A program made the position numbers and the translations under genes. This document shows positions 61,805-64,000 of a stretch of 64,000 nucleotides of DNA, piece by piece; the stretch's first letter is position 1; each line of letters begins with the position of its first letter. The DNA comes from Podarcis liolepis (lineage: Eukaryota): NCBI GenBank assembly GCA_965112155.1, contig OZ218109.1; one strand, written 5' to 3'. A model generated the notes under the pieces. The model had not been told where the DNA came from. It made no database searches and saw nothing but the letters and a program-made list of their open reading frames with translations.

Positions 61805-62045
61805 CAGTGGTACCTCAGTGTACAAACAGCCCTGTTAATGAACTATTGGGTGAACGAACTCCGCAAAACAGGAAGTAGGTGTTCCAGTTAGCGAACTTTG
61901 CCTCGGAAGACAAATGGAAGATGAACGGTGGAAGGGCACCAGCTGCGGGAGGCCTCAGTAGGGAAAGCATGCCTTGGTTTAAGAATGCTTTGGTATAAGA
62001 ACGGACTTCTGGGATGAATTAAGTTTGTAAACTGAGGTACCACTG
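61805..62045. mobile_element. Tc1/mariner-pogo(Tigger)-type MITE
   Basis: TIRs CAGTGGTACCTCAGT(G/T)TACAAAC (22/23), TA TSD. Interior related to the 11443 and 35864 copies. Confidence 0.92.
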
Positions 62046-62606
62046 TACTGGAAAGATGTGTCCTGGTTACTAGGGAAAAAGGAAGGGCAAACTACAGAGA
62101 TTCTAAGGACTAGAGGGGGGGGAAGACAGAGTCTTTTTGGGGGGGGGGACTGCCTTAAAGGGTAGTGGGAAATAGGACTTTAGAGCTCCAGGAATTCCTC
62201 TTGGCTGGTCTCCAATCAATCACTTCTCAAGTCAAAACTCTGACTTCACTCCTTTGTGAACCTGTCAGTGATTTCAGCTGTCAGCCTCACTCATTTCACA
62301 GAAATGACTAGGACCGGTGCCCACACATTTTGCTTCATAACTTTCTTTCTAGTGGGGCTAGAGACTTTTTTAAACAATTGAAAGCAGTGGCCATGCAAGA
62401 AATGTTTCCTATCAGCAGAAGCAGAATATCTGGTTGAAGGCAGAGCTCATACAAAGCCCACAGACAGGAGGCAATGTGCCCCACATAGGGTTGAAGAAGG
62501 CAAAATCAGGGTTGTAGAAAGCTGAAAGCTATGTGGGCACCAGGATTAAGGAGCAAAAATCTTGAATTTTTTTTTGGGGGGGGGGAGCTTAGCACAAGGC
62601 GTAGAG

Positions 62607-62773
62607 CAGGGGTCACCAAGCTCTTGGCTCCTCCAATGGCCTCTGCTTGAACAGTTAGAATGGTCAGGAATATTATCTCACATGGCTGTAGCTGCTTTGA
62701 ACTACAACTCCCATCAGCTCCAAGCAACACAGGAGCCCAAAACATCTGAAGAGCACCAGGTGGGGGAAGACTG
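62607..62773. mobile_element. Palindromic hAT-derived MITE copy
   Basis: caggggtcaccaa.. start, gaactacaactcccatcagc core, caggtgggggaagactg end. Confidence 0.55.
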
Positions 62774-64000
62774 TACAGGAGGGAGCAAAAATAAACTGGC
62801 AGGTATACAGTAGAAAGGTGGAATGTAAATTTCTGTGTGGATAAATAAATAGTGTTGTAATTATTATTTTTTAATTGTAAATTGTTACCGCAGGAACAAG
62901 AGTGCTTTCCTCTCTATTAAAATGCAGCTGTACTACAGCTGCCCCCAGTTGTAAACCTGTTAGTAAATGACAGGTTATAAGAGGGCAGTGTGTGAAATTT
63001 TAAAACGTATTTGCTGTTTTCTTGGAATATTTGAAATGTGTGTGTATGGTATTTAAAAGGTATTTAGAGCAACCATAGGAGCAGGGAGCACAGCACCAAA
63101 AAAATCCCCAGTTAACTGCTAAAAGCTTATATTCAGTATGAAAAAAATCTCATTCAGTAAATTTCTTTAAAATGTTATTTGACCAGCCGATATGAATATT
63201 TATAGCTGTGAAAGTAATCTGTTTTTAATTTTTGTGTTAAAAACGGTTCCTCGTGTCTCTGTTTGCCTCCCCCTTCTTTTGAGTGTGTTGTGTTCAGTGT
63301 GGAGAGCTAATCCCAAAGCACTGTCTTTCTGATGTAAAATCTGAATGCTTGTGTAGACACAACAGCTGTCCCCTCACCATGTGGCATCTTCCATCACTCT
63401 ACTGTAGAGATGAGTTTTGGCCCAGTGTTTCAGTAATATTGGACAAACATGGTTTTAAGTGGCAAAGGCTTATGCTTACACATTCATCTGACTCTGGCTC
63501 CAGAGCAGTACAGGGAGAATAAATTCACAGTGTTGCCACCCTCCTAGCTGCTTATAGCAGTGGAGTCACAGGGGGTTATCTTAAAGACACCGTTTACTGT
63601 TGTGGAAGAGCTGTAAATTCACCAAACCTTAAGAAGAACAAAATAAAAGCCTGTGTGTGTGTGTGTGTACCCGCATGAGTGTGTACGTGTTTATGTATAT
63701 TGAAGGTGGATGTATATTCTTCCAGTATTATGGAGGCCTGTTCTTTTAGCGATTAAAATAAAAGACAAGCTTTCTTTATTTCTGAATTTATTTTGGTAAG
63801 AAATGATCAAAGCAAGATATGAACAAGTTTACTTGAATGTCAATTCAAATATACAAAGTTCAGCGGCTCACTTGAAAACGAATTCTTCAGATCTTTTAAA
63901 GGTGTTTCTAGGAACATAGAAGCTGCTGCTTTATAACGAGTCAGCATCGTTGTTCCATCTACACTGATTTGCAGTTATTCTCCATAATTAAAGAAAGAGG

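Noticed and set aside
49014-64000. Search for DNAJC1 exon 9 (APEWTEEDLSQL..., SANT1)
   Set aside because: No matching sequence found; it presumably lies beyond the window.
1-64000. CRISPR arrays, operons, rRNA, prokaryote-type systems
   Set aside because: Eukaryotic intron-exon locus; no regularly spaced repeat-spacer array or RNA-gene signature was seen.

Overview
Vertebrate genomic DNA. The repeat complement (L2, CR1, CORE-type and tRNA-Lys SINEs, TA-flanked and hAT MITEs) suggests a squamate reptile, probably a lizard; this is an inference. The window holds the 5' part of DNAJC1 (ERdj1/MTJ1) on the + strand. It has a CpG-island promoter (~3.9-4.9 kb) and coding exons 1-8 (4488-4658, 23355-23456, 24220-24266, 30054-30219, 31080-31174, 32191-32284, 45348-45438, 48847-49013). 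These splice into one open frame of 933 nt / 311 codons: signal peptide, luminal J-domain with HPD, TM helix and polybasic cytosolic segment. I did not find the SANT/Myb-domain exons, so intron 8 runs past the window end. The rest is intronic or intergenic: decayed LINEs, SINEs, MITEs, microsatellites, one 196-N gap and several repeat-free blocks that look like conserved non-coding elements. I found no evidence for a second protein-coding gene or a wholly new multi-gene system. The most notable signals are a non-canonical GC donor at exon 8 followed by an open read-through frame with tandem AATAAA, a 60-bp near-perfect inverted repeat in intron 1, a 39-bp minimal MITE, an OC1-like hAT MITE with a perfect TSD, and inverted SINE pairs around exons 7-8. 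Family assignments and comparisons with human DNAJC1 are from recall, not database searches.
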